NCBI GenBank assembly: GCA_965226055.1
Contig: CBDDCA010000005.1
Location: forward strand, 512,001 to 576,000
Origin: Spirochaetia bacterium
GTDB taxonomy: Bacteria; Spirochaetota; Spirochaetia; WTKD01; G963693115
Direction of reading: 5' to 3'
DNA length: 64,000 nt
A program made the position numbers and the translations under genes. The stretch's first letter is position 1; the number at the start of each line of letters is the position of its first letter. Below, in pieces: positions 12,065 through 22,702 of the stretch. Under the pieces are notes generated by a model. That model worked only from the letters and a program-made list of their open reading frames with translations, was not told where the DNA came from and made no database searches.

Positions 12065-13072
12065 CTAGTTATCTTGCACACGCAATGATTCATATATCTT
12101 TGCATATTCAATAATATCAGGCCTATATTCAAAATGGATAGTATCGTAGTTTGCCCACTTGCCTCCCCATATGAACCCATGTTCTTCAAATATAGAAACT
12201 ATTTTGTCAGGAATAAGCCACATATTTTTTAAGGGCATCTTATTCCATTTGTTTGGATAAATGACTTTTGACCATTGCCAATATACCACTTTTTTATCGT
12301 ATGTTGTATGTAAAAAATCTAATGCTAAACCAAAAGAATGCATACTGATATTTTCGCTTTTTGTTACTTTTCTCCTACTATAACTTGATATTTGATGCAC
12401 TGAGTTAAGAAAGTCTTGTACTATAGTATCTGTTTTTGCTACTGTACGTATTCTTTGTTCTATGCTCGCTAGAGCATCAACAATAAGTGCATGAACAGTA
12501 ATTCTTTCTCCAAGAAAAGAGATAGTCTGTAAGTAAGAGGTGTCTTGATTATGAGTAAGTGCATTTTGCAAATCTGTTGAACGTTGTAATACATAGGTAT
12601 TTGTATCACTCCTAATAATAGAATCATATATATCGGAAATGGGAGCTAAGGGGTAAGCATACATCACAGTATGGTACGCATCTTTATTTTGCAACTGCGA
12701 AAAAAACAACATTTTTCCATCAGCATAATATACTTTCCTGTCATTGATATGAAAAACAAAATCTGCCTTATTAATATCCCAATAATACTTTTGAATAACA
12801 TTTGAATACCCAAGAATAATTGCAACAATCTGGTGGAGAGATTGCTCATCTTTAATATAATAAAGATGAGCAGCTTGCGTATCGGACAAATTTTTCTTTT
12901 CAATGATGCTATACATGGCATTTGTATTATTTATAAACTCATTATTTTGCTCGACTCCTAAAGGAGATACACGATAGAACTGAGAAATCAAAAACATAAA
13001 AAAGAAGACACACAGTACTGCAATAGAAAACAATACCAGATAGAGTAAAATTTTAGAAAATCTATACAACAC
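12065..13072 (-). CDS. M15-family metallopeptidase (peptidoglycan L,D/D,D-peptidase-like) with N-terminal TM anchor
   Basis: SMHSFGLALD (SxHxxGxAxD) and FEEHGFIWGGKW..YDTIHFEY. Confidence 0.8.
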   Translation of the reverse strand: MLYRFSKILLYLVLFSIAVLCVFFFMFLISQFYRVSPLGVEQNNEFINNTNAMYSIIEKKNLSDTQAAHLYYIKDEQSLHQIVAIILGYSNVIQKYYWDINKADFVFHINDRKVYYADGKMLFFSQLQNKDAYHTVMYAYPLAPISDIYDSIIRSDTNTYVLQRSTDLQNALTHNQDTSYLQTISFLGERITVHALIVDALASIEQRIRTVAKTDTIVQDFLNSVHQISSYSRRKVTKSENISMHSFGLALDFLHTTYDKKVVYWQWSKVIYPNKWNKMPLKNMWLIPDKIVSIFEEHGFIWGGKWANYDTIHFEYRPDIIEYAKIYESLRVQDN

Positions 13073-13104
13073 TTATGCCCTATACTTTCTGGAAATATAT
13101 GGTA

Positions 13105-14076
13105 TTACGATCTTTCTTGATATAAGGAATCTATCACCTGCATAGTATCTATTGCATCATCTAATGAAACAGGGACCTTAGTATCTTTCATGATTGCATC
13201 TGAAAATGCTTCTGCCTGTAATGTATATTGATTACAAGGATCAAAAGTAATAGCTTCTCTTGTATTATTAGATACAATGACTATACAGGCTCGTTCTGTA
13301 GGGTTTGGATTAAATGGAACCTCAACATCAATATAGCCTTTAGTTCCAAAAATTTTTACATTTTGATAGGGGACCATTTGCGTAGAACAACTAACACTGG
13401 CAGTAGCATTTTGAAACTCTAAAAACGCAGTACACATAGTATCTGTCTTGAAGGTTTTATCAATTAAAAATGTTCCCATTGCTTTTTTAGGATTCTCTTT
13501 TAGTATAGTGCGTGCTACAGAGATACCGTAACAGCCTATATCATATAAAGCACCTCCACCATACTCTTTCTTATTACGAATATTTTCGGGAGCATCATTA
13601 TAATAAGAAAATACTGTTTCTGTATGTCTTACTTTCCCTATCCTTCCTTCCTCTACTAGCTCAAGTACTTCCATCCACTGTGGATGAAAACGATACATAA
13701 ATGCTTCCATTACCTTAAGAGAGGGATGTTGTTTTGCCTGTGCTACAAGAGGCTGTATGTTTTTTACATTTAGTCCAAGAGGTTTTTCGCATAATACATG
13801 CTTTCCATGTTCTATTGCTTTCATACTCCAATCTACATGCATATGGTTGGGCAAAGGATTGTATATTGCATCAATGTTCTTATCTTGCAATAACTCCTCA
13901 TAGCTCTCGTATACTTTAGGAATACCATGCTTCTTTGCATAGTGTAACAGATCTGTATTCTTTCCACGACTTGCAATAGCGTATACATTACAGTTTCTTC
14001 CATTTTGTATCGCAGGAATAACATGCTCCTTTGCTATCTTTGCAAAACCAATAACACCAAATGTAACAGAATTCAT
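13105..14076 (-). CDS. Gfo/Idh/MocA-family oxidoreductase
   Basis: N-terminal Rossmann fold; GKHVLCEKP; GGGALYDIGCY. Confidence 0.9.
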   Translation of the reverse strand: MNSVTFGVIGFAKIAKEHVIPAIQNGRNCNVYAIASRGKNTDLLHYAKKHGIPKVYESYEELLQDKNIDAIYNPLPNHMHVDWSMKAIEHGKHVLCEKPLGLNVKNIQPLVAQAKQHPSLKVMEAFMYRFHPQWMEVLELVEEGRIGKVRHTETVFSYYNDAPENIRNKKEYGGGALYDIGCYGISVARTILKENPKKAMGTFLIDKTFKTDTMCTAFLEFQNATASVSCSTQMVPYQNVKIFGTKGYIDVEVPFNPNPTERACIVIVSNNTREAITFDPCNQYTLQAEAFSDAIMKDTKVPVSLDDAIDTMQVIDSLYQERS

Positions 14077-14147
14077 ATAATTACCTTTATGCTTTCCTAT
14101 TCAAAACTTCCTACTTAAAGTATAATGAAAAACAATATAAATTGTTA

Positions 14148-15116
14148 TTATTTATACATCAATATATTTTCATAATTTTTGTCAGTTACAATGACAGGAT
14201 CAAGATATATTGTTCGTACTTTCTTCTTGCCATTATATACTAATTCTTGATAAACTGCTTTCTTTTTATTAAACAACGCAACGGCAACTTCTATAGAAGT
14301 ATGTGCTAACTCATCAGTATCTTCCAATACACTCACAATCTGCTGTTTCTTTTGAAAACGGTTATATGTTCTGCCAGAACTTCCTACACCAGCAAACAGC
14401 ACATTGGTTTTTGATTGTTCTTCAAAATATATATCGACTGTGTCTAGTATATATGGTGCGTCACTTATTACTACCACATTACTTGCTATATACGGATACA
14501 GTATACTTTTAATTTGTTTTTGTATACTATTATTCAATGTCTGTTGTACTCTATATGGATCTACTAACACTTTTTTTTCCACTATTCCTTCTAATATTTG
14601 TTCGGCTGTTCCATTACCATCAGAAATAAACAAGATATTTTCATAATCGCGAAATACTTTTATATACTTGGCAAGTATGCTGCCAAAATCAAAATAATTA
14701 TAGCCAACAAAATACTCTACGGTATTTGTATTAAGCGGTAATATCTTTATTGATACTACTTTTAGTGGAAGATACCTTGATTTATTAAGCACTCTCCCAA
14801 CACTTATATCATCAACAGGAGCAATAATAAGAACTTTCATATCTTGTAAAAGTGCATCATTTAATTGTTCTTCTTGTAACACAACATCCATATCAGAATA
14901 AAAAAACCTAAGCTGTGTATTATCAGTAATATCAGTATTTGTAAAGCTGTCCTTTAACTGTACCCACGATCTTTCTCTTTGACTAGGAAGCAATACTCCA
15001 ATAGTATCGGGATCTTCTGTATGTTCTCCATTTGCACGTGCAAATACAGGCAGAGTATCACCTACTACGGCTACTATACAAAAAAAGACAATCAATCGTA
15101 TATATTTTTTATTCAT
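14148..15116 (-). CDS. Divergent sugar ABC substrate-binding protein (XylF/ChvE-like)
   Basis: Signal peptide; IGVLLPS..ERSW; KVLIIAPVD; C-terminal NGKKKVRTIYLDPVIVTDKNY. Confidence 0.65.
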   Translation of the reverse strand: MNKKYIRLIVFFCIVAVVGDTLPVFARANGEHTEDPDTIGVLLPSQRERSWVQLKDSFTNTDITDNTQLRFFYSDMDVVLQEEQLNDALLQDMKVLIIAPVDDISVGRVLNKSRYLPLKVVSIKILPLNTNTVEYFVGYNYFDFGSILAKYIKVFRDYENILFISDGNGTAEQILEGIVEKKVLVDPYRVQQTLNNSIQKQIKSILYPYIASNVVVISDAPYILDTVDIYFEEQSKTNVLFAGVGSSGRTYNRFQKKQQIVSVLEDTDELAHTSIEVAVALFNKKKAVYQELVYNGKKKVRTIYLDPVIVTDKNYENILMYK

Positions 15117-15259
15117 ATATTTGCTTCCTACTAAAACTGAAAAAACAGTGTACTATTCCATTAGTATAGTACTTTCTCCTCTACTTTTGAAATACATAGA
15201 AACAATACATTACCCCCTTGTAAAATAGTAACATATAAATAATACAGTATACTAAATAT

Positions 15260-16345
15260 ATGAGTACATTTTTCCTTTGCTGTGACGTCGGTGGAACAAA
15301 TACGAGTATTGGGCTTATGCAAAAAGATGAACATGCATATGTTACATTAGTAAATATTCAAAGCTACAAATCCCAAGAAATTGCAGATCTTACTGTTACA
15401 TTACACAACACTATAGCTTTGTTTAAGAACAAACATAGCATAAAAAAAATACCTCCACTGTGCATCAGTGCTGCAGGACCTACCGATGGAGAAACATGTG
15501 CTCTATCCAACCTAAAGAACTGGATTATCAACAGAAAAGAAATAGAACATTCACTCCATACTCCTGTTTTCTTAATCAATGATTTTTCTGCTATTGCGTA
15601 CAGCCTCATGGTATTACAGACAAAACAAGCAGTACAAATTTCTTATTCTGCTACACAAAAAACACACTCGCATGCTTCTATAACAGATACAACAAATACA
15701 ACAAAACTTGTTATTGGTGCAGGCACAGGATTAGGAGTTGCTATGCTCCATATTAGAAATAAACAAGTATCACTCATTCCTACCGAAGGAGGATGGAGAC
15801 ATTTTAGCTCCAGCGATCCAGTAACATTTCTGTACTACCAATACCTCTCTAAAAATATAAGTATTCCTTGCTATTGGGAAGAAGCTATCAGTGGTAAATA
15901 TGGCATTCCTTCTATTTGTAATTTTTTTGCAAACACTCAGTGTAGCAGTACTCATGAGCTTTTACCTACCCCACAAGAACAAAAAAGCCTACAACAACTC
16001 ATTACAATAACCGATCCAAAAGAACTTGCTCCCACTATTAGCATAAACGCTTCTCGTGAGGATAGTGCTTGTAAAAAGATAATGGATTTTTGGACTATAT
16101 TGTATGCAAAATTTTGCAGTGAATCTGCAACTATGTGTTTACCACAAGGAGGCTTATACATTGCAGGAGGAATTGCAGCTAAAAACCTCTCTTTTTTCAC
16201 TAGCAACAATTTATTTTATACACACTTTGTTCAGCATAATAATCAAGAGATAGAGAGACTACTCAAAAAAATACCTATGTATGTCATTACCGATTATTAC
16301 TCTTCACTGTATGGAGATGCATATTTCCTTGATACACAATTATAA
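15260..16345 (+). CDS. glk: Glucokinase (E. coli Glk-type)
   Basis: DVGGTN; AAGP; LINDFSA; IGAGTGLG; TEGG; GGLYIAGGI. Confidence 0.85.
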   Translation: MSTFFLCCDVGGTNTSIGLMQKDEHAYVTLVNIQSYKSQEIADLTVTLHNTIALFKNKHSIKKIPPLCISAAGPTDGETCALSNLKNWIINRKEIEHSLHTPVFLINDFSAIAYSLMVLQTKQAVQISYSATQKTHSHASITDTTNTTKLVIGAGTGLGVAMLHIRNKQVSLIPTEGGWRHFSSSDPVTFLYYQYLSKNISIPCYWEEAISGKYGIPSICNFFANTQCSSTHELLPTPQEQKSLQQLITITDPKELAPTISINASREDSACKKIMDFWTILYAKFCSESATMCLPQGGLYIAGGIAAKNLSFFTSNNLFYTHFVQHNNQEIERLLKKIPMYVITDYYSSLYGDAYFLDTQL

Positions 16346-16393
16346 TATCATACTCTCTCAGTATAGCATAACAGTGTACTACAAGGATATTGT

Positions 16394-16408
16394 AATAAAG
16401 TGCTTTTA
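16394..16408 (+). repeat. 15-bp target-site duplication, left copy (aataaagtgctttta)
   Basis: An identical copy lies at 17624-17638, immediately outside the other IS end. Confidence 0.9.
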
Positions 16409-17623
16409 TGTACTTTTACCATCTTGTGTGAACCCCCAAAATCCATGATAGTAATTATACTATCATGGAAATAATAAACAAAAACAAAAAAAAGGGGGTG
16501 AGTACATGATATACTCTACACTTTATAATACAAGAAATCAAAAAGAACTGCATAAGGTACGCTTAGCTATAGCACTTTCTGCGAAAGAACACGGTATCAA
16601 AAGTACTGCTCGTATCTTTCATGTATCTCCTAATACCGTACGCAAGTGGTTGCAAAGATACAAAGAGAAGCCTAAAGCTATGCTCTATGATAGACGTCCT
16701 GCTTCAGTAGAGCATCCAGATACTATGATACTTTACTATCAGTTAAAACTCAAAGAGATATGCGAAACATTACAGCACTATCATCAACGATGTATTGCCT
16801 CTCATATAAAACGAGAGTATACCATTCCTTATTCCATAAAAACTATTATTAAGTATCTAAGAAAGATGGGGTATTATAAGACAAGTAAAAAGCAAAAAGC
16901 ACAAAGAAACCAAGAAGCACGCCTATGGAAAACACTACTTCAATTTTGTCACAAAATACAAGTAGACATTAAATATCTTACTGATATCCCCGAATTATAC
17001 TTCTCATTACGCAAGTTTTGTCTCCCAAAGTATCAAATCACCGCACGTGATGTCGCTACGGGGGCTTTATGGATATGCTTTGCCACTCAAAAAAGCTCTT
17101 CTCATACCGCTTTGTTTATTGAATATCTGCTTACTCATCTTGCTTCTTTTCACGTTGATACTTCCTCTATTACTATTCAAACTGATAATGGCTCTGAGTT
17201 TATCTCAGGGGCTTTTAGTACAAAACAGTCTGCTTTTGTTGCTTCTCTTGCGGCATACGAGGCACGCCATACTACTATCCCATATGCTTCTCCTACTTAC
17301 AATTCTGATGTCGAGGCTTCTCATAAACTTATTGAAACTGAATGCTATGCAAAAATGCAGAATCCTACTCTCAGTACTTTTTTACACTTAAGTAGTGAGT
17401 ATCAATATAGCTTTAATCATCAACGCTATAACTCTTATAAACACGGCTCTCCTGCTGTATTACTCAAAGAAAAAAGTCCCTCTCTGGATCCTTGTGTACT
17501 TACTCTGCGCCCTCTTATTGTTGATACTTTCCTTACAACACGAACTTTACACACTTGGCATAATAGAAATTTTACGGTATACTGATTTTATCAAAAGGGT
17601 TCATACGAAATAGTAAAACTCCA
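16409..17623 (+). mobile_element. Complete 1215-bp insertion sequence, IS481/IS1202-like
   Basis: Imperfect ~27-bp terminal IRs (tgtacttttaccatcttgtgtgaaccc / revcomp tggagttttactatttcgtatgaaccc), TG...CA ends, 15-bp flanking direct repeat, single transposase ORF. Confidence 0.9.
16506..17585 (+). CDS. DDE transposase (HTH + integrase core)
   Basis: HTH TARIFHVSPNTVRKWLQRY; DDE motifs QVDIKY, IQTDNGSEF, NSDVEASH. Confidence 0.9.
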   Translation: MIYSTLYNTRNQKELHKVRLAIALSAKEHGIKSTARIFHVSPNTVRKWLQRYKEKPKAMLYDRRPASVEHPDTMILYYQLKLKEICETLQHYHQRCIASHIKREYTIPYSIKTIIKYLRKMGYYKTSKKQKAQRNQEARLWKTLLQFCHKIQVDIKYLTDIPELYFSLRKFCLPKYQITARDVATGALWICFATQKSSSHTALFIEYLLTHLASFHVDTSSITIQTDNGSEFISGAFSTKQSAFVASLAAYEARHTTIPYASPTYNSDVEASHKLIETECYAKMQNPTLSTFLHLSSEYQYSFNHQRYNSYKHGSPAVLLKEKSPSLDPCVLTLRPLIVDTFLTTRTLHTWHNRNFTVY

Positions 17624-17638
17624 AATAAAGTGCTTTTA
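17624..17638 (+). repeat. 15-bp target-site duplication, right copy
   Basis: aataaagtgctttta; it contains the stop codon of the neighbouring dehydrogenase gene. Confidence 0.9.
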
Positions 17639-18583
17639 ATGAATAATCATATTTTTTGGAGTACCGTTAAGATATGCTTGAAAATTATCTTTTACTAACT
17701 GTACAAGACGAACTCGTGTTTGTTTTGATAGCCACGCCATATGAGGAGTTATAATACAATTTTTTTTCCCTAATAAAGGACAATCTTTTTCCATAGGTTC
17801 TTTACATACTACATCAACCGCTACGCCTGCTATCTTTCCACTATCAAGAGCTTTTGCTACATCATATTCATTACATATAGATCCTCGTGCGGTATTGATA
17901 ATCATAACTCCATCTTTCATCTTTGATATACTCGTAGCATTTATAAGCTCCCGCGTATGCTCATTTAATGGACAATGAATACTAATAATATCAGATGAGT
18001 GCAAAAAACTGTCAAAATCAAGAAAAGAATAGTTATATCCCGATTTTTTTGTACGAGTAAATACAGCAACATGCATTCCCATACTTTCGGCAATTTTTGC
18101 TACCCTTGCTCCAATATCTCCCAGCCCTATTATCCCAAATGTTTTGTCCAATAATTCTATTTGAGGACTTTTTTGAAAACAAAATTTCTTTGTAGTAATC
18201 CATTCACCATCTTGTACAGCACGATTATGTATTGAAACATGATGGCATAATTCTAATAATAGTGCAAAAGTAAACTGTGCTACTGCATAGGTACTATAAT
18301 TTGGTACATTGCTGACAACAATATTATGTTTTTTTACTTCTTCAATATCTATATGATTGTACCCTGTTGATAACAATCCTATGTATTTTATGTTTGTATG
18401 CTGTAATACATATTTATCAATAACAACTTTACCTGAAAAAATATACTCTGCATCTCCTATACGATGAATTACTTCTTCTGGACTTGTTGAATCGTATACC
18501 ACGAGTTCACCAAACTCAGATAAAATATCCCAGCTCACATCATTTTGACTTACATGCTCACCATCCAATATTACAAGTTTCAT
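17636..18583 (-). CDS. D-2-hydroxyacid dehydrogenase (glycerate dehydrogenase-like)
   Basis: GIIGLGDIG; SIHCPL; INTARG; ITPHMAW. Confidence 0.9.
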   Translation of the reverse strand: MKLVILDGEHVSQNDVSWDILSEFGELVVYDSTSPEEVIHRIGDAEYIFSGKVVIDKYVLQHTNIKYIGLLSTGYNHIDIEEVKKHNIVVSNVPNYSTYAVAQFTFALLLELCHHVSIHNRAVQDGEWITTKKFCFQKSPQIELLDKTFGIIGLGDIGARVAKIAESMGMHVAVFTRTKKSGYNYSFLDFDSFLHSSDIISIHCPLNEHTRELINATSISKMKDGVMIINTARGSICNEYDVAKALDSGKIAGVAVDVVCKEPMEKDCPLLGKKNCIITPHMAWLSKQTRVRLVQLVKDNFQAYLNGTPKNMIIH

Positions 18584-19164
18584 AGATACTCACCATCACT
18601 ATGGGAAAGAGAATGAATCATTTCGGAATAATAATGTATCTCTTCCTTTGTAGTAATTTCATCAACAAAGGCATTGAAAAGTTCCACTACATTACGGTTA
18701 GCGACATATAACCTTTCCTGAATGATACCACACATAACTCTATACACATGTAATCCTATATCAGGAAACTTTATACATAAATTATCAAACATGAGCTTTG
18801 TTATCCGTAACCCTACTATGTCAGACATACTGGTAATAGTTCCAGAACGAGTGGTCTCTGCACATAACGCACTTTCTCCAACAAGACCATACTTATGCTT
18901 TTCTTTATTTGCTGGAATAATCGCTACAACAAAGTCATCACCCGAAATACTTTTGCGCTTCACTTCTACTACACCATCAATTAAAATAAACGCATCTTTG
19001 GCAACATCACCTTCCTTATATAAAACAGTATTCTTTTTTAACTTCATTGCTTTCAAATGTAAAAAAAAATCAACAAGCCCCATATGATTCTGAAGCCCCT
19101 TAAAAATTGCAATACTATTAATTAATTGCTTAATATCTCTTTTATTTACTTTTTTATTGAACAT
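18580..19164 (-). CDS. Cyclic-nucleotide-binding domain protein (no clear DNA-binding HTH)
   Basis: LYKEGD..AFILIDGVVEV; GESALC..TRSGTI phosphate-binding cassette. Confidence 0.75.
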   Translation of the reverse strand: MFNKKVNKRDIKQLINSIAIFKGLQNHMGLVDFFLHLKAMKLKKNTVLYKEGDVAKDAFILIDGVVEVKRKSISGDDFVVAIIPANKEKHKYGLVGESALCAETTRSGTITSMSDIVGLRITKLMFDNLCIKFPDIGLHVYRVMCGIIQERLYVANRNVVELFNAFVDEITTKEEIHYYSEMIHSLSHSDGEYL

Positions 19165-20311
19165 GCTCTTTCCTTAGTATAATTATTGAACTATTTTCTA
19201 CTATAACATAATCATCAGGCGGCAAAATAATAGGATGATAAGGACGCAAGGTCTTTACTCGTTTTAAGTCTGAAATCATTTGAACAAAATTAGCTGTTTT
19301 CTGTGCATCTCTTATTGCTTGCTCTGATATTTGTGCCTTTTGTCCAGTGTTCTCCATTACCCCTAATATTAAAGAGTCAGGATATAGCTGAGAAAAATGT
19401 TGCTTAAAATCCTTAAAATTTTTTGATACAAAACTATTTTTAATTTTTTCAATTTGTAACGAAGAACCAGAATGAGAAAATCCAAAAAGCTCTTGCATGA
19501 CATTACTCATACCATTACTGCTTGCAGCTTTTGATAACATCTCTGTATGTAAATCTTTAGAATAAATTATTTCATCACACCCTACTCTTTGCAAATATGC
19601 TTCAAATTCTTTCTCTAGTAGCTGAGCACATACATACATATTTTTATTGACTGTTTTTAATGCAATAACGGTCATAACAATACGTGAATCAACATCAGAT
19701 CCAACTCCACCTATACTCCTATCCGAAAGAACCATTGCTTTTTTTGCAAACTTTGCATTTGCTCTTCTTAGTACACTTGTATCATAACTATATCCTCTTA
19801 TGTATGTAATTCCATACAGAGCTTTTTTATAAAATACCTCATCTACCTGCTCCTGAGGAACATCAGCTATTATCACAATTTTTTCTGCATCAAATTGCCC
19901 TTCATTTAGTATATATAGCAAAAATGATACCATCTGTTCTCGCCATCCACAAATAATAAGATGATTTTTTTGAGATTTCAATTTCATTCTTCCACTCCTT
20001 TCTTGGGATACTCTATCTATATACAATGTAGTAAGACTACCAGTAAACAACGCTGTTAATAGAATGCCTGAAAAAATAAGAAATATAATCATTATTTTCC
20101 CTAGCATACTAGTAGGGATAACATCTCCATACCCTGTGGTAGTAATAGAAACAATACTAAACCACATAGCATCAAATAAAGACATTATATTTTCATTATT
20201 CTTTTGTTCTATATAGAAAACAACTGAGCTTCCTATGATGACAATACATGCATATATAAAAAATAATCGTAATAAAAGATTTTTTTTAATTCTAAGGATA
20301 ATATTTTTCAT
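19154..20311 (-). CDS. Potassium channel, 2-TM pore + RCK/TrkA-N domain
   Basis: Selectivity filter SITTTGYGD; NHLIICGW; VLRRANAK; ATG at 20311 (ORF extends to 20335). Confidence 0.9.
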   Translation of the reverse strand: MKNIILRIKKNLLLRLFFIYACIVIIGSSVVFYIEQKNNENIMSLFDAMWFSIVSITTTGYGDVIPTSMLGKIMIIFLIFSGILLTALFTGSLTTLYIDRVSQERSGRMKLKSQKNHLIICGWREQMVSFLLYILNEGQFDAEKIVIIADVPQEQVDEVFYKKALYGITYIRGYSYDTSVLRRANAKFAKKAMVLSDRSIGGVGSDVDSRIVMTVIALKTVNKNMYVCAQLLEKEFEAYLQRVGCDEIIYSKDLHTEMLSKAASSNGMSNVMQELFGFSHSGSSLQIEKIKNSFVSKNFKDFKQHFSQLYPDSLILGVMENTGQKAQISEQAIRDAQKTANFVQMISDLKRVKTLRPYHPIILPPDDYVIVENSSIIILRKEHVQ

Positions 20312-21659
20312 GTTTACATTCAAAGAGAGATACAATAGTTATTGCAAAATTAGTTGTTAATGCACTACGCATAGGCTTAAAAAGTATGTCAAAGCCAAAA
20401 ATAATAATCATGGCAGGCTGTAGTGGTATTCCAAATAATAACAAATATATTCCTAATAGAGGGAGCAACAACATACTTTGATCAGTAGTAGGAACAAATG
20501 AAAATAATGTTGCAATACATGATAATACAATAAAATCCATAGAGAACAAAGGGAAAGAAAAGATATGAGATAACACAAATACAATGAATACAAAATATAT
20601 TACATTCCCCATACGAGCAAAGAAAAAATATAATGGCATAAATGATTTAATTCCAATCAAGTTTCCTCTCATATACAAAGCAGTATTTTGTACTGAACTA
20701 TACATAGCTACTATACTGCTACCACTACTCAATGATATAAACATAGGATATGCCAATACACGTAATGCTGTCTTTATGCTACATTTTGTTGTAATAATAA
20801 TAAGAATAAAATTTATAATAATAAAGAAAAACCCTATCATATAATATATATATATATACTGCATAAGAGCATATGCTATATTTTTATTGATAAGCTCTTT
20901 TATCATATAAGGAAGAAATAGCACTATCCAAAGAGGTATCCACTGTAGCATAATTTCCACTGCTCTAAACGCACTAATAGCAATAAATTGTACATTGTGC
21001 ATAAAAGCATCCAGAATAACTTTTATATTCCTATTAGCATGTTCGTGTTGGGTGTTTCGCATAAAAAGAGTAACAGTTCCTAACAAAAGAAAAAGAACAA
21101 ATACCATACATAAAAATATAAATAGCAACAAAGGCATATAGCTACGATTATTATTTTCATATACTTTTTTCAATACCATATTATTGTTCATAAACATAGT
21201 ATCAAAAGAGGCATAGTTCGACTCAATATCTAAGATTTCACTTATACTTTCTTCCTCAAGAAATGTTTCATATATAATACTTTGCTCGACAATTTCTTCT
21301 GCAAGCAATGTTTCCTGATATGTTTTAGGAACAAAAAACACTAGTATGAATAAAACCATAAACGAAAGTAACAGCATAATCACAATGCTAATAGCAACAT
21401 GAAACCACATACGAGACAATAATTTTTTGTGAGAAAATATTCCATTAAAGGTTATAATAACATTAGCAAAAAATATAATAGCAACTACAATCTGAAATAT
21501 ACTTACAATAAAAACAATAAAAAATTGTATAAAAGGATGACGCATAATTGAATCTACCCATTTTATATTTGTAAAAAATGCTAAGTAGGACCCAACTAAA
21601 AAAAATATAAAAGTAATAATAGGATGTATTTTTATATATAATAGATTATTATTTTTCAC
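20292..21659 (-). CDS. Divergent dicarboxylate/amino acid:cation symporter (SDF/DAACS)-like membrane protein
   Basis: Multi-TM protein; SLSSGSS serine-rich HP1-like motif; C-terminal GIPLQ...DILFKPMRSAL resembling TM8. Confidence 0.55.
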   Translation of the reverse strand: MKNNNLLYIKIHPIITFIFFLVGSYLAFFTNIKWVDSIMRHPFIQFFIVFIVSIFQIVVAIIFFANVIITFNGIFSHKKLLSRMWFHVAISIVIMLLLSFMVLFILVFFVPKTYQETLLAEEIVEQSIIYETFLEEESISEILDIESNYASFDTMFMNNNMVLKKVYENNNRSYMPLLLFIFLCMVFVLFLLLGTVTLFMRNTQHEHANRNIKVILDAFMHNVQFIAISAFRAVEIMLQWIPLWIVLFLPYMIKELINKNIAYALMQYIYIYYMIGFFFIIINFILIIITTKCSIKTALRVLAYPMFISLSSGSSIVAMYSSVQNTALYMRGNLIGIKSFMPLYFFFARMGNVIYFVFIVFVLSHIFSFPLFSMDFIVLSCIATLFSFVPTTDQSMLLLPLLGIYLLLFGIPLQPAMIIIFGFDILFKPMRSALTTNFAITIVSLFECKHEKYYP

Positions 21660-21669
21660 GCTCTTTTCC

Positions 21670-22524
21670 TTATGGACTCATGCTCTCATACTGCCCTACA
21701 CTCTGTAATGCTGAGTTGATAACAACAAGTAAATTACTATTATTTACATACATATTTCTTTGTAATACATAGTCATCCTTAAGAAACAACGGTTTATAAT
21801 ACATGAGAATACGTGGATTTTTCTGTATAATAGAGTGAGCATCAACTTCATTTAAGAATGCACTCTGTATATATCGACTTTGTAATTGATCTAGTACATC
21901 TTCAAGAGTATATATAGGAATGATACTTTTATCAAAATCACTCTTTACTAACTTTTCGTATAGACTTACGGTATACACAGCAACATTTTCATTTTTTGGT
22001 ATATTTGAGAATATGCTCCCTTGCTTATATTGAACGAAAGCAATAGTTTTCATCGTTACATATGCATTGCTTGATAACACTACATGCGATATAGTTTCCT
22101 CTAACATCTTTGAGTAGATAACAATATCTACTGTGTTATTCTTTAACAAAGCAAATAGTTCCTGAGAATTTTGTGCAGTTTGGTTTATATCACATACGAC
22201 ATTATTTCCCAGCAATGCTCTTACTTTTTCTATCACTTTTCCATCAATTCCAGAAAAAGAACATTGATAAGATGTATCTTTTGTTACACCGCTGTTAGAG
22301 AAGGTATTTTGTATAAATAAATCCGAATCTTGTACCAGCATCGCAATTCGTAATGTATCATTTTGAAGTACAAGTTCCGATGAAATAGAGTATGCATTTC
22401 CATCATTTGCATATGTTATATATCCAAAAAACATATATACAATACAAAAATACACAAAAGGTGAGATGATACCATTACGCAAAACGCTACAAAAAATACG
22501 ATATTTATAAAAATACAAAGACAT
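21670..22524 (-). CDS. Periplasmic substrate-binding protein, family 3-like (amino-acid type)
   Basis: TLRIAM; FSGIDGKV; ELFALLKNNTVDIV; N-terminal hydrophobic signal. Confidence 0.55.
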   Translation of the reverse strand: MSLYFYKYRIFCSVLRNGIISPFVYFCIVYMFFGYITYANDGNAYSISSELVLQNDTLRIAMLVQDSDLFIQNTFSNSGVTKDTSYQCSFSGIDGKVIEKVRALLGNNVVCDINQTAQNSQELFALLKNNTVDIVIYSKMLEETISHVVLSSNAYVTMKTIAFVQYKQGSIFSNIPKNENVAVYTVSLYEKLVKSDFDKSIIPIYTLEDVLDQLQSRYIQSAFLNEVDAHSIIQKNPRILMYYKPLFLKDDYVLQRNMYVNNSNLLVVINSALQSVGQYESMSP

Positions 22525-22702
22525 ATATCTTTCTCAATACTATATGGTATAATGCCATAAGAAATATTTTGATGTATGCTATGAGATAATTCACATACAA
22601 TACTACTATATATAAGTATCTACAAAATTCTCTCATTTCTTTATTGATATTTTTACAATAAATACAACATAAATAATAAAAACTATACTATAATATGTTT
22701 GT

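Noticed and set aside
20844-20858. (AT)7 run inside the symporter-like gene as a phase-variation tract
   Set aside because: The gene is in frame, the run encodes YIYIY in a TM segment, and it is unremarkable in such AT-rich DNA without read evidence.
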